A stretch of 58,158 nucleotides of DNA from a virus (taxonomy: Duplodnaviria; Caudoviricetes), in the IMG/VR virus record IMGVR_UViG_3300011116_000399, positions 1 through 58,158 of that record; one strand, 5' to 3'. Position 1 is the first letter of the stretch; every line of letters begins with the position of its first letter. Position numbers and translations under genes: made by a program. The notes beneath the pieces are model-generated. The model was not told the origin of the DNA. It saw only the letters and a program-made list of their open reading frames with translations, and searched no databases. This document shows, piece by piece, positions 19,101 to 28,166 of the stretch.

Positions 19101-19591
19101 TTCCAAAGGCTAAATCTCTCATTGAGAATATGCAAACAAGATTAAACAAGAGTAATCAGTTTGCTCAACAAATTACACAACTGCAAGCACTTGGACTTGA
19201 TGCAAAAGCCCTTCAAGACATTATCGAGTCAGGACCAATCAAAGGCGCTCAACTAGCGGCGTCAATTCTCGGTGGCGGAGCAGAGGCTATTGCTCAAATA
19301 AATGAAATTCAAAGAGCCATAAATATCACGGGTGCGGCAATAGGTAAGTTTGGTTCCGAAGCGGCTTTTGGTGAAAAGATTGCTAACGCTCAAATGAAAC
19401 TGGCTCAAGTTACAGATGCAGAAGCAAGAATCTCAGGAGTGAGCGGAAACAACATTGTTATTGAACAAGGTGCTTTTGTTGTAAATGTTGATACTACTGG
19501 AGCAACCAGTATAGATGAGAAGGCTGACATAATTACTCAAAGAATTCAAGAAACTTTTGCAATCTTGGCGAAGGAGTTGGCTAACAAATAA
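16112..19591 (+). CDS. Tape measure protein
   Basis: 1159 aa, A/G/I-rich helical with hydrophobic stretches; synteny. Confidence 0.93.
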   Translation: MAESPTMEVRARLTADSAQFTKGLSEATKSAETFQTAASNLNKVLVASGAVAGGFAIAMLAFGTKSFKAAAEVQQLDVALQALGKSTRYGYTALAEAVTQIEQVGIRSTAAQRAVIKLAQSNVDLSEAQQLATIAQNLSVTASVNSADALNSLVFAITTGQTRMLRQIGITAGATEAFAIYGRTIGKSASDLTMAERRQAVLNLVLKEGAKVSGAYALAMQSPSKALQEMADSTRKLQEAVGKRLLAAFTKIILATFTMYDRFQKAANGTGALSKYLDAMEMVLTKLADPFAKIAENVGNFIEKIDKSEVSIKSIASSMEKLLPIAVGFTTFFGIKAGKSLAQAAPFFQGFFGALSRYAGLFTAFTVVLTSPQIRNAVGQIISAFKPLLPVLQQVGGVLSILSGIITGVIAKALTGLANLVRTITGFFSNNARATQILVIAFTGIATAIGLATVAFYAHAAAIKVVTFTQALLQVATVLLTGGQLASIASTNGLAASMLRLNAVLAANPIMRIVLIIGALVTALVVAYKTSESFRKVVGMVFNFVAKVVITVLGYIIQYFGHVLKALASAMRTFGFFGEVIAKVFEFVIDVFLTFVKFALTSIKNVIDGFVTLMETNDTLRKIVIAVFNTIIRVIALAVTTIVTTFANILKAIATAIYFFERLLDVGKTIAKGVILAFLALGKGVVGVFGKVASGLGNFLDNALTTVIDWVKKVTAPLMKIPIVSNAVSAALGALNGIAAFASSKLEGVAKSITGLFSASDDAGAKSVDAITGVSKTLIKASQSWGNYSEGAAGAISNVANKMLDFNIKVVDLAAQDNGTKIVEGLIAGAKKASPLLEKMIAGLGTAIKFDFAGTVGKFIEEVANKADEAGDKLIEFGKKMVVFAKETDFAEGLKDFIGNIKDSLEEGLGFGDILAKEKAKAEEIKGGGIDEGALEDIQGSADLMKKIREAMKAGIESMSDVLKDLQQAAKDFADSLKDTILGFAGLKGVELPDGFIPKAKSLIENMQTRLNKSNQFAQQITQLQALGLDAKALQDIIESGPIKGAQLAASILGGGAEAIAQINEIQRAINITGAAIGKFGSEAAFGEKIANAQMKLAQVTDAEARISGVSGNNIVIEQGAFVVNVDTTGATSIDEKADIITQRIQETFAILAKELANK

Positions 19592-21162
19592 TGGCTACCT
19601 ACATCCTTAGACCTAACGCAAACTGGAACAATGCCTCTGCCTTTACTATCTCAGGAGGTTCAGGTTCAGTTCATGCGGCGCTCGCTGACAGTAGCGATTC
19701 AACTTACATAACTCGAACAAGTACAACAGTTCCAGCATCTTACGAAGCCGAGTTTGGTACAACCACCTTAGCGGCTACTGAGAAAGTTGAATATGTAAAT
19801 CTTCGTGCCCGAGCAACTATTGGAACTACTGGCAGTATCCAATTAAGCCTTGGTGTTATTACTGACCGTAATGGTCGAACAGTTAGTTATTCAGTTCCTT
19901 ATTCCAAAGCAAACACTCTTTCTTTAACCACCGTTGATACTGCCCTCAAACTTACAACTGCCCCAAGTGGTGAGGCTTGGTCACAAACTTTAATTGATAA
20001 TTTAGTTGTTAAGTTTACGGATAATGCAACAACAAGCGGTGACCGTGCTGGACTCTATGAATTGTTTGTTGATGTTGTAACTACTACTCAACCAACAGTT
20101 ACAGTTACCGCTCCAAGCGGAACCATCACGGATACAACTTTCCCGTCAGTCACTTGGACTTATGCAGATACAGATGGTGACCCACAAAGCGCTTACGAAA
20201 TTAAAGTATTTGACTCAACAACTTATGGCGCTGGAACCTTTAGCCCTGATACTTCTACGGCAACAGTCGAGACTGGCATTGTCGCCTCTACAAATGATGG
20301 TCAAACACTTGAGGCAGACTTAGCGGATGGTACAACTTATAGAGCCTATGTCAGAGTTGCTCAATTACTAAATGGTTCAAATTATTTTAGCAACTGGGCA
20401 TATAGCCAATTTACTATTGATGTTGATGCTCCAGCCACACCATTGATTACCGCTTTTTATGATGAGAACAATGGAGCAGTTGTTATTACGGTATTCGGTA
20501 GAACTAATGTTTTGAGTGCAAACCAAGCATCTTTAGAAACAAATACAACTGGTTGGACTGCTGTAACTAACTGCGCCATTGCTCGCTCAACGGCTCAGGC
20601 TTCAGTTGGAAGCGCCTCTTTAGAAATGACAGCAAGTGCCTCGGGTGACATAGTTGCCTCAACAACCACAGCAACAAAATTTACGGTTACAGCAAACCAA
20701 GAGTTCTCCGCTACGGCAGATTTCCGTGCTGGTACAACATCTCGTACCGCTCAGGTTGGCATCAGATATTTAACAAGCGCTGGTACAACAATCTCTACTA
20801 CTTATGGAACTGGAGTGACTGCAACAAGTTCAGCGTGGACAAATGCAACAGCAACAGTTCTTGCTCCACCAACAGCCACACACGCTCAAGTCTTTGTCAA
20901 AGTAACAAGCGCTGGCTCAAGTGAAATTCATTATGTAGACAAGATTGCTTTTCACGCTGGAGATACGCCTGTATTTACCCGTGGTGGTTTCAGCAATTTT
21001 GTTTTTGATGTTGAGCGTTCAGTTGATGGTGGAACAACTTATAGTGCAGTTCGAAACTCTCCAGTCACAGCAACCAGTTCACAAATTGCAGAGATAGATG
21101 ACTTTGAGGCACCTTTTGATTCAACAATTCGTTATAGAGCAAAAGCAAGGGCAGACATCTAA
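19591..21162 (+). CDS. Minor tail protein with FN3-like and carbohydrate-binding-like modules
   Basis: W.Y.D.DGDPQ.AYEI, N.L..N..S.E....GW; follows tape measure. Confidence 0.8.
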   Translation: MATYILRPNANWNNASAFTISGGSGSVHAALADSSDSTYITRTSTTVPASYEAEFGTTTLAATEKVEYVNLRARATIGTTGSIQLSLGVITDRNGRTVSYSVPYSKANTLSLTTVDTALKLTTAPSGEAWSQTLIDNLVVKFTDNATTSGDRAGLYELFVDVVTTTQPTVTVTAPSGTITDTTFPSVTWTYADTDGDPQSAYEIKVFDSTTYGAGTFSPDTSTATVETGIVASTNDGQTLEADLADGTTYRAYVRVAQLLNGSNYFSNWAYSQFTIDVDAPATPLITAFYDENNGAVVITVFGRTNVLSANQASLETNTTGWTAVTNCAIARSTAQASVGSASLEMTASASGDIVASTTTATKFTVTANQEFSATADFRAGTTSRTAQVGIRYLTSAGTTISTTYGTGVTATSSAWTNATATVLAPPTATHAQVFVKVTSAGSSEIHYVDKIAFHAGDTPVFTRGGFSNFVFDVERSVDGGTTYSAVRNSPVTATSSQIAEIDDFEAPFDSTIRYRAKARADI

Positions 21163-21587
21163 TGGCAACTATTTCTTCAGCATATACAACTTCAGAACCA
21201 ATCTTAATTGATAATCCTGCATATTGGTCTTTTACTGCCCCTGAAAGTCCAACTATCAAAGTAAATAATATAATTGTTGAACAGCCATTGAATCAAAACA
21301 TTGTTGAGTCTTATGGTGTATTCAAACCACTTGGCGCTTCAAAGTCAGTTGTTATTTCTCAATCTATTTACGGCGTAGATGGTACTTATCAAATAACAGT
21401 TCAGGGCGAAACCGCTTGGGATGCACTTTATCCAGTATTAACTTATCAAGGAACTCTGCATGTGCATGACCCTTTAGGTCGTCAGAAATATGTGCGTTTT
21501 GTTGATAGGTCATGGACTGAATCAGGAAACATTAACAACTTAATTAGAGTTGTTAAAGTCACCTATTACGAAGTTGATGCACCGTAA
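21162..21587 (+). CDS. Distal tail (Dit-like) protein
   Basis: Size, synteny and C-terminal Y.EVD.P. Confidence 0.65.
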   Translation: MATISSAYTTSEPILIDNPAYWSFTAPESPTIKVNNIIVEQPLNQNIVESYGVFKPLGASKSVVISQSIYGVDGTYQITVQGETAWDALYPVLTYQGTLHVHDPLGRQKYVRFVDRSWTESGNINNLIRVVKVTYYEVDAP

Positions 21588-22705
21588 TGTATCCAGTTTC
21601 CTCGGACTTCAAGGAGACCATTCGGAAATCCCATGTCACAAAAACTAAGGTTGAAATTTATGACATGGCGAATGGAACAATCTTAAGCACAGCCCAACCA
21701 ATATCGGGTGAGGTTAGTATTGATAATCGTCGTTCTATTCGGCGTGAATGTACTCTTGAGTTTATTGATAAAGATGGGACTTTAGTTCCTCAGAACAATA
21801 TCTCCTCAGTCCTTCTCCCGTATAACCGTGAAGTAAAGATTTACAGGGGCATTGTTTTTGCAGATGGAACCGAGGAGTTAGTTCCCCTTGGAGTTTTTGT
21901 AATTACCAGCGTCGATGTAGTTGATACCGCTCAAGGTATAAAGATTCAAATAAAAGGTTCTGATAGAAGTTTGATTCTTGCTAGAGCAAAATTTACTAAT
22001 CATGAATTTTATATTGAGGCAGGAACAGCAAAAGAAACTGCTATTGAACAGATTCTTAAATACCGCTATCCAAAAGTAAAAACTATTTTTCCAGCGACTA
22101 ATCAAGTAACCACTTTGCTTTATCCAACTCTTGACCAATCTAGTGACCCTTGGCGTGAGGCTTTGAAAATTGCAGAGTCAGCGGCTATGGATTTATATTT
22201 TGATGAAAACGGAACTGCTCGTATGAGACCTATTCCAAACCCTGACTTGGGTACTGCCGTCGCTGAATACACAGATGGTTCAGATTCAGTCCTTATTCAA
22301 ATCAATCGCTCTTTGAGTACAGATGATTCATATAACGGAGTTATTTTTACAGGCGAAGGAACTAATCTAAGTATTGGTGTTATTGGTGAGGCTTGGGATG
22401 ATAACCCTGCTTCCCCTACCTATCGCAAAACTTACGGTGAAGTTCCTAAGTTCATGAGTAGCCCTACCGTGCTTACAGTTGCAGAGGCTCAAGAAGCGGC
22501 GTCCGCTGAGTTGAAAAAAGTTATTGGCGCTACTGAAAAAATTACATGGGACCAAATAGTAAATCCAGCCCATGATGTTTACGACTTAGTTAAAGTAACC
22601 CGTTCACCTATTGGAGTTGATAAAATCTTAAGTCTTGACTCAATTACCATACCCCTAGGGGCAAACGGTACTATGAACGCTATTGGTAGAAGTAGGAGAT
22701 TCTAA
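21587..22705 (+). CDS. Baseplate hub/Tal-like protein (DUF5047-like)
   Basis: G.V..D....IRR.C, E.VPLGVF, Y..YG.VP. Confidence 0.8.
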   Translation: MYPVSSDFKETIRKSHVTKTKVEIYDMANGTILSTAQPISGEVSIDNRRSIRRECTLEFIDKDGTLVPQNNISSVLLPYNREVKIYRGIVFADGTEELVPLGVFVITSVDVVDTAQGIKIQIKGSDRSLILARAKFTNHEFYIEAGTAKETAIEQILKYRYPKVKTIFPATNQVTTLLYPTLDQSSDPWREALKIAESAAMDLYFDENGTARMRPIPNPDLGTAVAEYTDGSDSVLIQINRSLSTDDSYNGVIFTGEGTNLSIGVIGEAWDDNPASPTYRKTYGEVPKFMSSPTVLTVAEAQEAASAELKKVIGATEKITWDQIVNPAHDVYDLVKVTRSPIGVDKILSLDSITIPLGANGTMNAIGRSRRF

Positions 22706-22950
22706 TGGACTTAAATTATCTTGTTGGTCAAATTAAGGGCACGGACAATTTCCCTAGTTTAAGGCTTCGTCAGGCTTATGTTGTTGCCACCAACAACAGT
22801 CCCAAAACTATCGATATTCAAATAGCGGGGGATACAAATACTTTGCCCTCCGTAAAATACATACATAGTTATGCTCCACAGGTGGGAGACACAGTTTTTG
22901 TATTTACCAATGGGGCTGATATTTTATGTATTGGAGATATAGCAACCTAG
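22705..22950 (+). CDS. Small tail-tip (OB-fold spike-like) protein
   Basis: Y.PQVGD.V.V...G...IG. Confidence 0.65.
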   Translation: MDLNYLVGQIKGTDNFPSLRLRQAYVVATNNSPKTIDIQIAGDTNTLPSVKYIHSYAPQVGDTVFVFTNGADILCIGDIAT

Positions 22951-22998
22951 GTTCAGAAACCATAGGTTATTATTAACCACCTACAATTAGGAGATACA

Positions 22999-23268
22999 AT
23001 GGACAGTAAGACAAAAGCAATGCTCGCTTCATACGGACGGTCATTTTTAGCGGCAGTTACAACAGCCTTCATGATTACAGGCGGAAACATCCTTGCACTT
23101 GACGGTGATTCAGTTAAAGCAATTTTAGCGGCTGGAGTTTCAGCCGTCCTCCCAGTCGCCATCAGAGCGGCAAACCCTAAAGACCCTGCGTTTGGCAAGA
23201 TTGCAGACGGAGTTACCGAGGCAGTTGTTAAGAAAATGACAGCCAAGAAGTCGGCAAAGAAAAAATAA
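22999..23268 (+). CDS. Holin
   Basis: Two hydrophobic segments, SY.RSF and NP.D..FG, basic C-terminus; next to endolysin. Confidence 0.75.
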   Translation: MDSKTKAMLASYGRSFLAAVTTAFMITGGNILALDGDSVKAILAAGVSAVLPVAIRAANPKDPAFGKIADGVTEAVVKKMTAKKSAKKK

Positions 23269-23747
23269 TGTCTTTAGAAAAAGTCCTTGCATCTGCAAAA
23301 GCCGAGGTAGATGCCAACTATCGTGAGGGTACAAATAACGATACTAAATTCGGCAAGTGGTTTGGATTAAACAACCAACCTTGGTGTGCCATGTATGTTT
23401 CATGGTGTTTTAAGGAGGCAGGTCTTTCCCACTTAGTTGCGGCTCAATCTAAAAAAGGTTTTGCTTCATGCGACTTGGGACTTAAATGGTTTGCTAAAAA
23501 AGGACAAATAGTTCCAGTTGGTCAAGCACAGGCTGGAGATATTGCGTTTTTCCAATTTGATGATGATGCTCAAGCCGACCATGTTGGAATAGTTCAAAAA
23601 AATGATGGTAAAGGAACTCTTTGGGTCTACGAAGGAAATACAAGTGGAGATACCAAAGGAAGTCAATCAAATGGTGATGGCGCTTTCTTAAAGAAAAGAC
23701 CTTACAAACTAATCATGGGCGTGGCTCGTCCAGCCTACGAAGGTTAG
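23268..23747 (+). CDS. Endolysin, CHAP domain
   Basis: PWCAMYVSW, DHVGIV, EGNT. Confidence 0.92.
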   Translation: MSLEKVLASAKAEVDANYREGTNNDTKFGKWFGLNNQPWCAMYVSWCFKEAGLSHLVAAQSKKGFASCDLGLKWFAKKGQIVPVGQAQAGDIAFFQFDDDAQADHVGIVQKNDGKGTLWVYEGNTSGDTKGSQSNGDGAFLKKRPYKLIMGVARPAYEG

Positions 23748-23757
23748 AAGATAAAGA

Positions 23758-24039
23758 ATGAGCGAAGAAGTGAAACCCAGTTTAGGAGAAATAATGCGTA
23801 GGCTTGATGACCTGACCATGGAAGTCAAGCAGATGAATCTAAATGTGAGTCAAACTTATCTTCGCAAAGATGTTTACGAATCCGATTCAGAGCGATTCTC
23901 TCAAGCCATGGTTCATATAACTGACCGACTTGAAAAAATGGAGTCTCGCTCTGAATGGGTTGTGCGTACAGTCGGCGGTCTCATGATTGCCACGATTGTC
24001 GGTGCCTCCGTGTATGTTGGACAAATAATCGGGTTCTGA
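23758..24039 (+). CDS. Lysis-associated membrane protein
   Basis: Coiled coil plus C-terminal TM segment. Confidence 0.65.
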   Translation: MSEEVKPSLGEIMRRLDDLTMEVKQMNLNVSQTYLRKDVYESDSERFSQAMVHITDRLEKMESRSEWVVRTVGGLMIATIVGASVYVGQIIGF

Positions 24040-24044
24040 GGTAC

Positions 24045-24074
24045 TTGACAGACTAAACTAGGGTTTAGTATCCT
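24045..24074 (+). promoter_or_regulatory. Replication-operon promoter with operator in the spacer
   Basis: TTGACA...TATCCT; CTAAAC-TAGG-GTTTAG palindrome. Confidence 0.75.
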
Positions 24075-24097
24075 CTCCCCAAACGAGAGGAGTCCAC

Positions 24098-24640
24098 ATG
24101 GACAACGCATTAGAAGTTACACCAATCGATGATTTTGAAATCATCGAAGAGCCAGCCCGTGAACCATTCAAAGTTGATGATGATTCCAAGGCAGATTGGG
24201 CAATGCGAAAACTTGCCTCAATTCGACGCAAACAAGCAGAGAACAAAGACATCTTTGACCGAGAAGTTAAAAGGGTCATGGAATGGCTTGAGAAGGTCAA
24301 TACAGCCCTTGAGAGAGACGCTGAGTGGTTTGAGTCCAACCTCCGCCCATACGCCCTTCAGGAGCGCTCTAAAGACCGTAAAAGCATAGTTCTGCCCCAT
24401 GGCACAATCAAAACTGTCGCAGGTCGGGTCAAGTTCGATATTGAGGATGAATCTAAGTTAATCGAGTGGGCTGAGAAGAACGCCCCTGAATTAGTCCGAG
24501 TTAAAAAAGAAGTTGATAAAAAAGCCCTAGGTGCTTTGAATCAATCTGAAGATAAGGTAATATCAACCCAAGGTGAAATTATTCCAGCAGTAAAAGTTAT
24601 ACCTGCTGAGACTTCAGTTTCATTCGTAATAGCAGAGTAG
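24098..24640 (+). CDS. gam: Mu Gam-like host-nuclease inhibitor
   Basis: F.VDDD..ADWA.RK, KSI.LPHG, E.DK.AL. Confidence 0.8.
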   Translation: MDNALEVTPIDDFEIIEEPAREPFKVDDDSKADWAMRKLASIRRKQAENKDIFDREVKRVMEWLEKVNTALERDAEWFESNLRPYALQERSKDRKSIVLPHGTIKTVAGRVKFDIEDESKLIEWAEKNAPELVRVKKEVDKKALGALNQSEDKVISTQGEIIPAVKVIPAETSVSFVIAE

Positions 24641-24651
24641 AGAGAGGCAAC

Positions 24652-25320
24652 ATGGAAAACAAATTACCAATCGCTCAAGCATTGAGCGAAGTAATGAAGG
24701 CAGTTGGCGGTATCGCTAAGAAGGATAAAAACACATCTCAAGGATTTAATTTCCGTGGGATTGATTCAGTAGTTAATGCAGTCTCACCAGCCTTGCAAAA
24801 ATTTGGTGTGGTTGTAGTTCCATCAGTTGAGGAGTACGAATATCACACAGTTGAGATAGGACGGAATCGCACGGCTATGGGACATGTCAAAGTCAAAGTT
24901 AGTTATACATTCATCGGTGCAAACGGTGATGCAATCAAAGCAACAGTTGTTGGAGAAGCGATGGATTCAGGCGATAAGGCAACAGCCAAAGCCATGTCAG
25001 TTGCTTTCCGTACAGCCCTACTTCAATCATTGGCACTACCAACCGATGAAGTAGACCCTGATGCTCAGTCCTATGAACGCTCTTCCTCTGATGATGTTAT
25101 GGCGCCTTCAGCGGTGCTAACAAAAATTCATCAAGCGACTGACTTGGAATCCTTGGCATCAGTTGGTCAGTACATAACAGCCAACAAAGAAAAATACAAC
25201 GCCGAACTTTTAGAGCAGTTCCGTCTTAAGTTCCGTGAGCAACAGATAAAAATTAACCCACCAAAATTGGAAGAGGAATCCGATGAAGTCAAAGTCGAAG
25301 GAGTTACTGTTTCATCCTGA
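24652..25320 (+). CDS. erf: ERF-family ssDNA annealing protein
   Basis: K...N..Q.F.FRGID, GEAMD.GDKA..KA.S.A. Confidence 0.9.
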   Translation: MENKLPIAQALSEVMKAVGGIAKKDKNTSQGFNFRGIDSVVNAVSPALQKFGVVVVPSVEEYEYHTVEIGRNRTAMGHVKVKVSYTFIGANGDAIKATVVGEAMDSGDKATAKAMSVAFRTALLQSLALPTDEVDPDAQSYERSSSDDVMAPSAVLTKIHQATDLESLASVGQYITANKEKYNAELLEQFRLKFREQQIKINPPKLEEESDEVKVEGVTVSS

Positions 25321-25672
25321 ACTTCCATACGCAGGGACTTCGGGACATAGCGGAACAGATACATCTAGGGAGCGAGCGCTAAGTGCAGACAGGTCAGGTA
25401 AGACTGCTCTGCGTCAAGCACAAGCCTTAAACCTTTTATCTCAAAGAGAATTGGTTGGGCTTACTTGGAAAGAGTTATCTGAGATAACTGGACTTCACCA
25501 CGGAACCGCTTCGGGTGTATTGTCCGTCCTCCATAAATCAGGACGCATTGCCCGTCTCAAAGAGACTCGTAATGGTTGCAAGGTTTATGTAGATGTTTCT
25601 TGTATCGAAGGTCGATTAGTCGAAAGACAAGGGCGAAAGAAAAATTGCCCTCATTGTGGAGGAGATTTGTGA
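25283..25672 (+). CDS. Winged-HTH DNA-binding protein with C-terminal CxxC
   Basis: GLTWKEL....HHGTASG.LS.LH. Confidence 0.75.
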   Translation: MKSKSKELLFHPELPYAGTSGHSGTDTSRERALSADRSGKTALRQAQALNLLSQRELVGLTWKELSEITGLHHGTASGVLSVLHKSGRIARLKETRNGCKVYVDVSCIEGRLVERQGRKKNCPHCGGDL

Positions 25673-26385
25673 GCATTAGGTGGATTACAAAAGTTTGGGC
25701 AGATTCGCCTTATGACGGAACCAAACTTTTAATTCATCTTGCGCTCGCAGATATTTCTCACGATGACGGAAGATTCTTTGCCTCTCAGTCAAACCTTGCT
25801 TCCAAGGGTAGATGCTCGGTTGAGTATGTCCGAAAGGTCATCAACGAGATGATTGCCGACGGTCACCTAAAAATTATTACCAAGGGTAACTCCCGAGGTA
25901 ACGCAACTGTCTACCAGTTGTTATGGAAGAAACTCCCCAACTCAGTAGGGGACGAACAAAGTTTAGGAGGGGTAGAACTCCCCAACTCAGATACCCTCAA
26001 CTCCCCAACTTTGGAGGTTCAACTCCCCAACTCCACTCCGTACCATCCGTCCTATACATCCGTCCTATCTACAACGAAGAGTGACGAAACTGCTATCGCA
26101 GTTGTCGCACTCTCTGAAGCAGTAGCAAGAAAATGGTGGGAGAAGCAAAGAGTTAAACCATTGGGTAAAAGTGCTTGGCACTCTTTACTAGCAATCTGCC
26201 AAGCGGCAGAGAAGCGAGGCTACACAGCCGAACAAATTGAACAGGCGTTAGATTACATAGGCACAGTTCCATCTATGAGACAGATGGACTTAGTTCTAAG
26301 GGGAGTAGGTGTTAAAACAAAACATGAGCAATCAGCAATTAGAGCCATCGAATTATCAGAAAAACTCCGCAATGAGTCTCTCTGA
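25669..26385 (+). CDS. Replication initiator (N-terminal HTH, lambda O-like organisation)
   Basis: GTG 25669 with GGAGGAG SD; KL...LALAD....G.F.S...LA; internal iterons. Confidence 0.8.
   Translation: MSIRWITKVWADSPYDGTKLLIHLALADISHDDGRFFASQSNLASKGRCSVEYVRKVINEMIADGHLKIITKGNSRGNATVYQLLWKKLPNSVGDEQSLGGVELPNSDTLNSPTLEVQLPNSTPYHPSYTSVLSTTKSDETAIAVVALSEAVARKWWEKQRVKPLGKSAWHSLLAICQAAEKRGYTAEQIEQALDYIGTVPSMRQMDLVLRGVGVKTKHEQSAIRAIELSEKLRNESL
25931..26070 (+). repeat. Iterons / replication origin
   Basis: AACTCCCCAACT at 25931, 25976, 25999 and 26021, then CATCCGTCCTAT twice (26044, 26057). Confidence 0.85.
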
Positions 26386-26770
26386 CATAGCAGTCCTTGT
26401 GGGCTTCATCGGGATTTACGATTTACGAATTCAGGTAGATGAGTTAAAGGTTCGTGCATGGGCAGAATCTTTTGATTCAGATTTACCATTACAGGAAGCG
26501 AAGCGAATTGTTTCTTGGCATTATGCAAACTTTGACACGGCTATCCAACCATCACACATAAACAAAGAGTGGCGTCGTAGGATGTCTGATGAAAGAGAAA
26601 GAGAAAAAAGCCGTCTACTAAGTTTAGAGTTTGAGGAACGAGAAAAACAAAAAGCATCTCCTGAAGTTATTGCTAAATGGAAAAAAGAGTTTCGGGAGTA
26701 CATGGAAAGAAACAGGGTGACAGATGCTCCGTTGGAAACAGATAGCGGGACGATGGCACCTGACGCATGA
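26372..26770 (+). CDS. Putative helicase loader/replication accessory protein
   Basis: D.R......AW...PSHI pattern directly after the initiator. Confidence 0.65.
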   Translation: MSLSDIAVLVGFIGIYDLRIQVDELKVRAWAESFDSDLPLQEAKRIVSWHYANFDTAIQPSHINKEWRRRMSDEREREKSRLLSLEFEEREKQKASPEVIAKWKKEFREYMERNRVTDAPLETDSGTMAPDA

Positions 26771-26915
26771 AGATGTTTCGATTTGTCGATTGGTATTACA
26801 GATGGAGATTCAAACGACGGCAAAGGTATGCCCTGCTTGCTTGGACGCCCTCGCAGACGAGAGACTCCAATGGCAAACCCTAAACTTAAAGTTGATGATA
26901 AGACTCGATTCCTAG
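26724..26915 (+). CDS. Small Cys/His zinc-binding protein
   Basis: WH..H...C...CPAC; overlaps both neighbours. Confidence 0.5.
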   Translation: MLRWKQIAGRWHLTHEDVSICRLVLQMEIQTTAKVCPACLDALADERLQWQTLNLKLMIRLDS

Positions 26916-27238
26916 TTCTCGCTAGAGCCTTTTACAAATGTGAAAGATGTGGCAGAGATTTTTTAGGTTATCCAGTCTCAGTTCATCATCGGCGCCCAAG
27001 AATGATGGGCGGAAGTAAAAACCAAGAACTTCATAAATCAGCGAATCTTATTGTTTTATGCGGTACTGGAACTTCAGGTTGTCACGGTTGGGTTGAGTCT
27101 AATCGTGATAAGGCTAGGGAGTTAGGTTACCTAATTCAAAAGGTTGAGTCGGCTGAAGAGATACCTTTTCAGGATAACAACGGACTTTGGTGGTACTTGG
27201 ATAACTACGGCAGAAAGAGACAACTTGACATTGCTTAA
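26870..27238 (+). CDS. HNH endonuclease
   Basis: CERC, HHR.PR.MGG, NL..LC....GCH. Confidence 0.88.
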   Translation: MANPKLKVDDKTRFLVLARAFYKCERCGRDFLGYPVSVHHRRPRMMGGSKNQELHKSANLIVLCGTGTSGCHGWVESNRDKARELGYLIQKVESAEEIPFQDNNGLWWYLDNYGRKRQLDIA

Positions 27239-27259
27239 CCTGTACCTCACCTTTAAGTC

Positions 27260-27667
27260 ATGGATTGCTTATGTTATGCGGACGACGCTGAACAACTCAT
27301 CTATCGACTTGAGTTGGCTCAACGCCCATGGACGACAAACGCAGAGCGCTCAGGCAATCGATGGGAAAGAGCAAAACTTACAAAAGAGTGGCGCTCGGCT
27401 TTTCAACTACTGGCTAAATATGAGAAGATACCCCCTATGGCGTGGATTAGCGTCACCGTTGAACCTCACCAAAAAGGCGGGAGGCTTCAAGATGTAGGTG
27501 CATGTAATCCAGCAGTCAAAGCGGCTATCGACGGAATTGTTGATGCAGGAGTTCTTCCTGATGACTCTTCAAAATTTCTTCGTTCGTTAATTTTTCTGCC
27601 ACCACAGAACGACAGAAATTCTTTAGTGCTTTACATTCGAGGAGCGAGGAAAGAGAGGAAAGTATGA
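27260..27667 (+). CDS. rusA: RusA-like Holliday junction resolvase
   Basis: D....P..KA.IDG.VDAG..PDD; TTGACA promoter upstream. Confidence 0.8.
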   Translation: MDCLCYADDAEQLIYRLELAQRPWTTNAERSGNRWERAKLTKEWRSAFQLLAKYEKIPPMAWISVTVEPHQKGGRLQDVGACNPAVKAAIDGIVDAGVLPDDSSKFLRSLIFLPPQNDRNSLVLYIRGARKERKV

Positions 27668-27870
27668 ACTGGAGTTTAATATGGACAGTAGTTGGTTTAG
27701 CCATTGCCAGTTTTTTTATTTTGCCGATTTACATTGGTTACATAATTGCTTACAAAAAAGCAATGCTAAAAATTGAATTGGAGTTCGTTGCAACAGCGAA
27801 TCACATTCACAAAAAAGTAAAGTTTGATGATGCAGTCGAACGCCTGTTCGAAGAAGGAGAAGCGATATGA
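27664..27870 (+). CDS. Membrane protein
   Basis: N-terminal TM helix. Confidence 0.7.
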   Translation: MNWSLIWTVVGLAIASFFILPIYIGYIIAYKKAMLKIELEFVATANHIHKKVKFDDAVERLFEEGEAI

Positions 27871-28166
27871 GTACAGTAATGGAAGCAACAGAGTTAGACG
27901 GTAAAGGACTAGGTGAGGTCAAACTTCTAACAGATGCGATTCGTACCCACCAGTCGCAGATTCAAGACTTAGGTAAAAGACGCAAGCAGTTGATTCTTAG
28001 ATTACGAAAACAAAGAATCACTTACCGAGAGATTGCTGAAGCCATGGGTGTATCAGAGCAGTTAATTTACAAAATTATCCGCAACGATATTGAAAGAGTT
28101 CCTGAGTACGACAACGAAGGAAACCTAATTCGTAGACGAGGACGACCAGCGAAACAATTAGCCTAA
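27867..28166 (+). CDS. HTH transcription regulator with C-terminal AT-hook
   Basis: TYREIAEAMGVSEQ.IYKI; RRRGRP. Confidence 0.8.
   Translation: MSTVMEATELDGKGLGEVKLLTDAIRTHQSQIQDLGKRRKQLILRLRKQRITYREIAEAMGVSEQLIYKIIRNDIERVPEYDNEGNLIRRRGRPAKQLA

Noticed and set aside
22944-22975. AACCTAGGTT / AACCATAGGTT before the holin as operator copies
   Set aside because: The core differs from the consensus and one copy lies in coding sequence. Possible, but not counted.
25931-26070. CRISPR-like mini-array
   Set aside because: Repeats are only 12 bp with 10-33 bp gaps inside a replication gene, which fits iterons. No cas genes.
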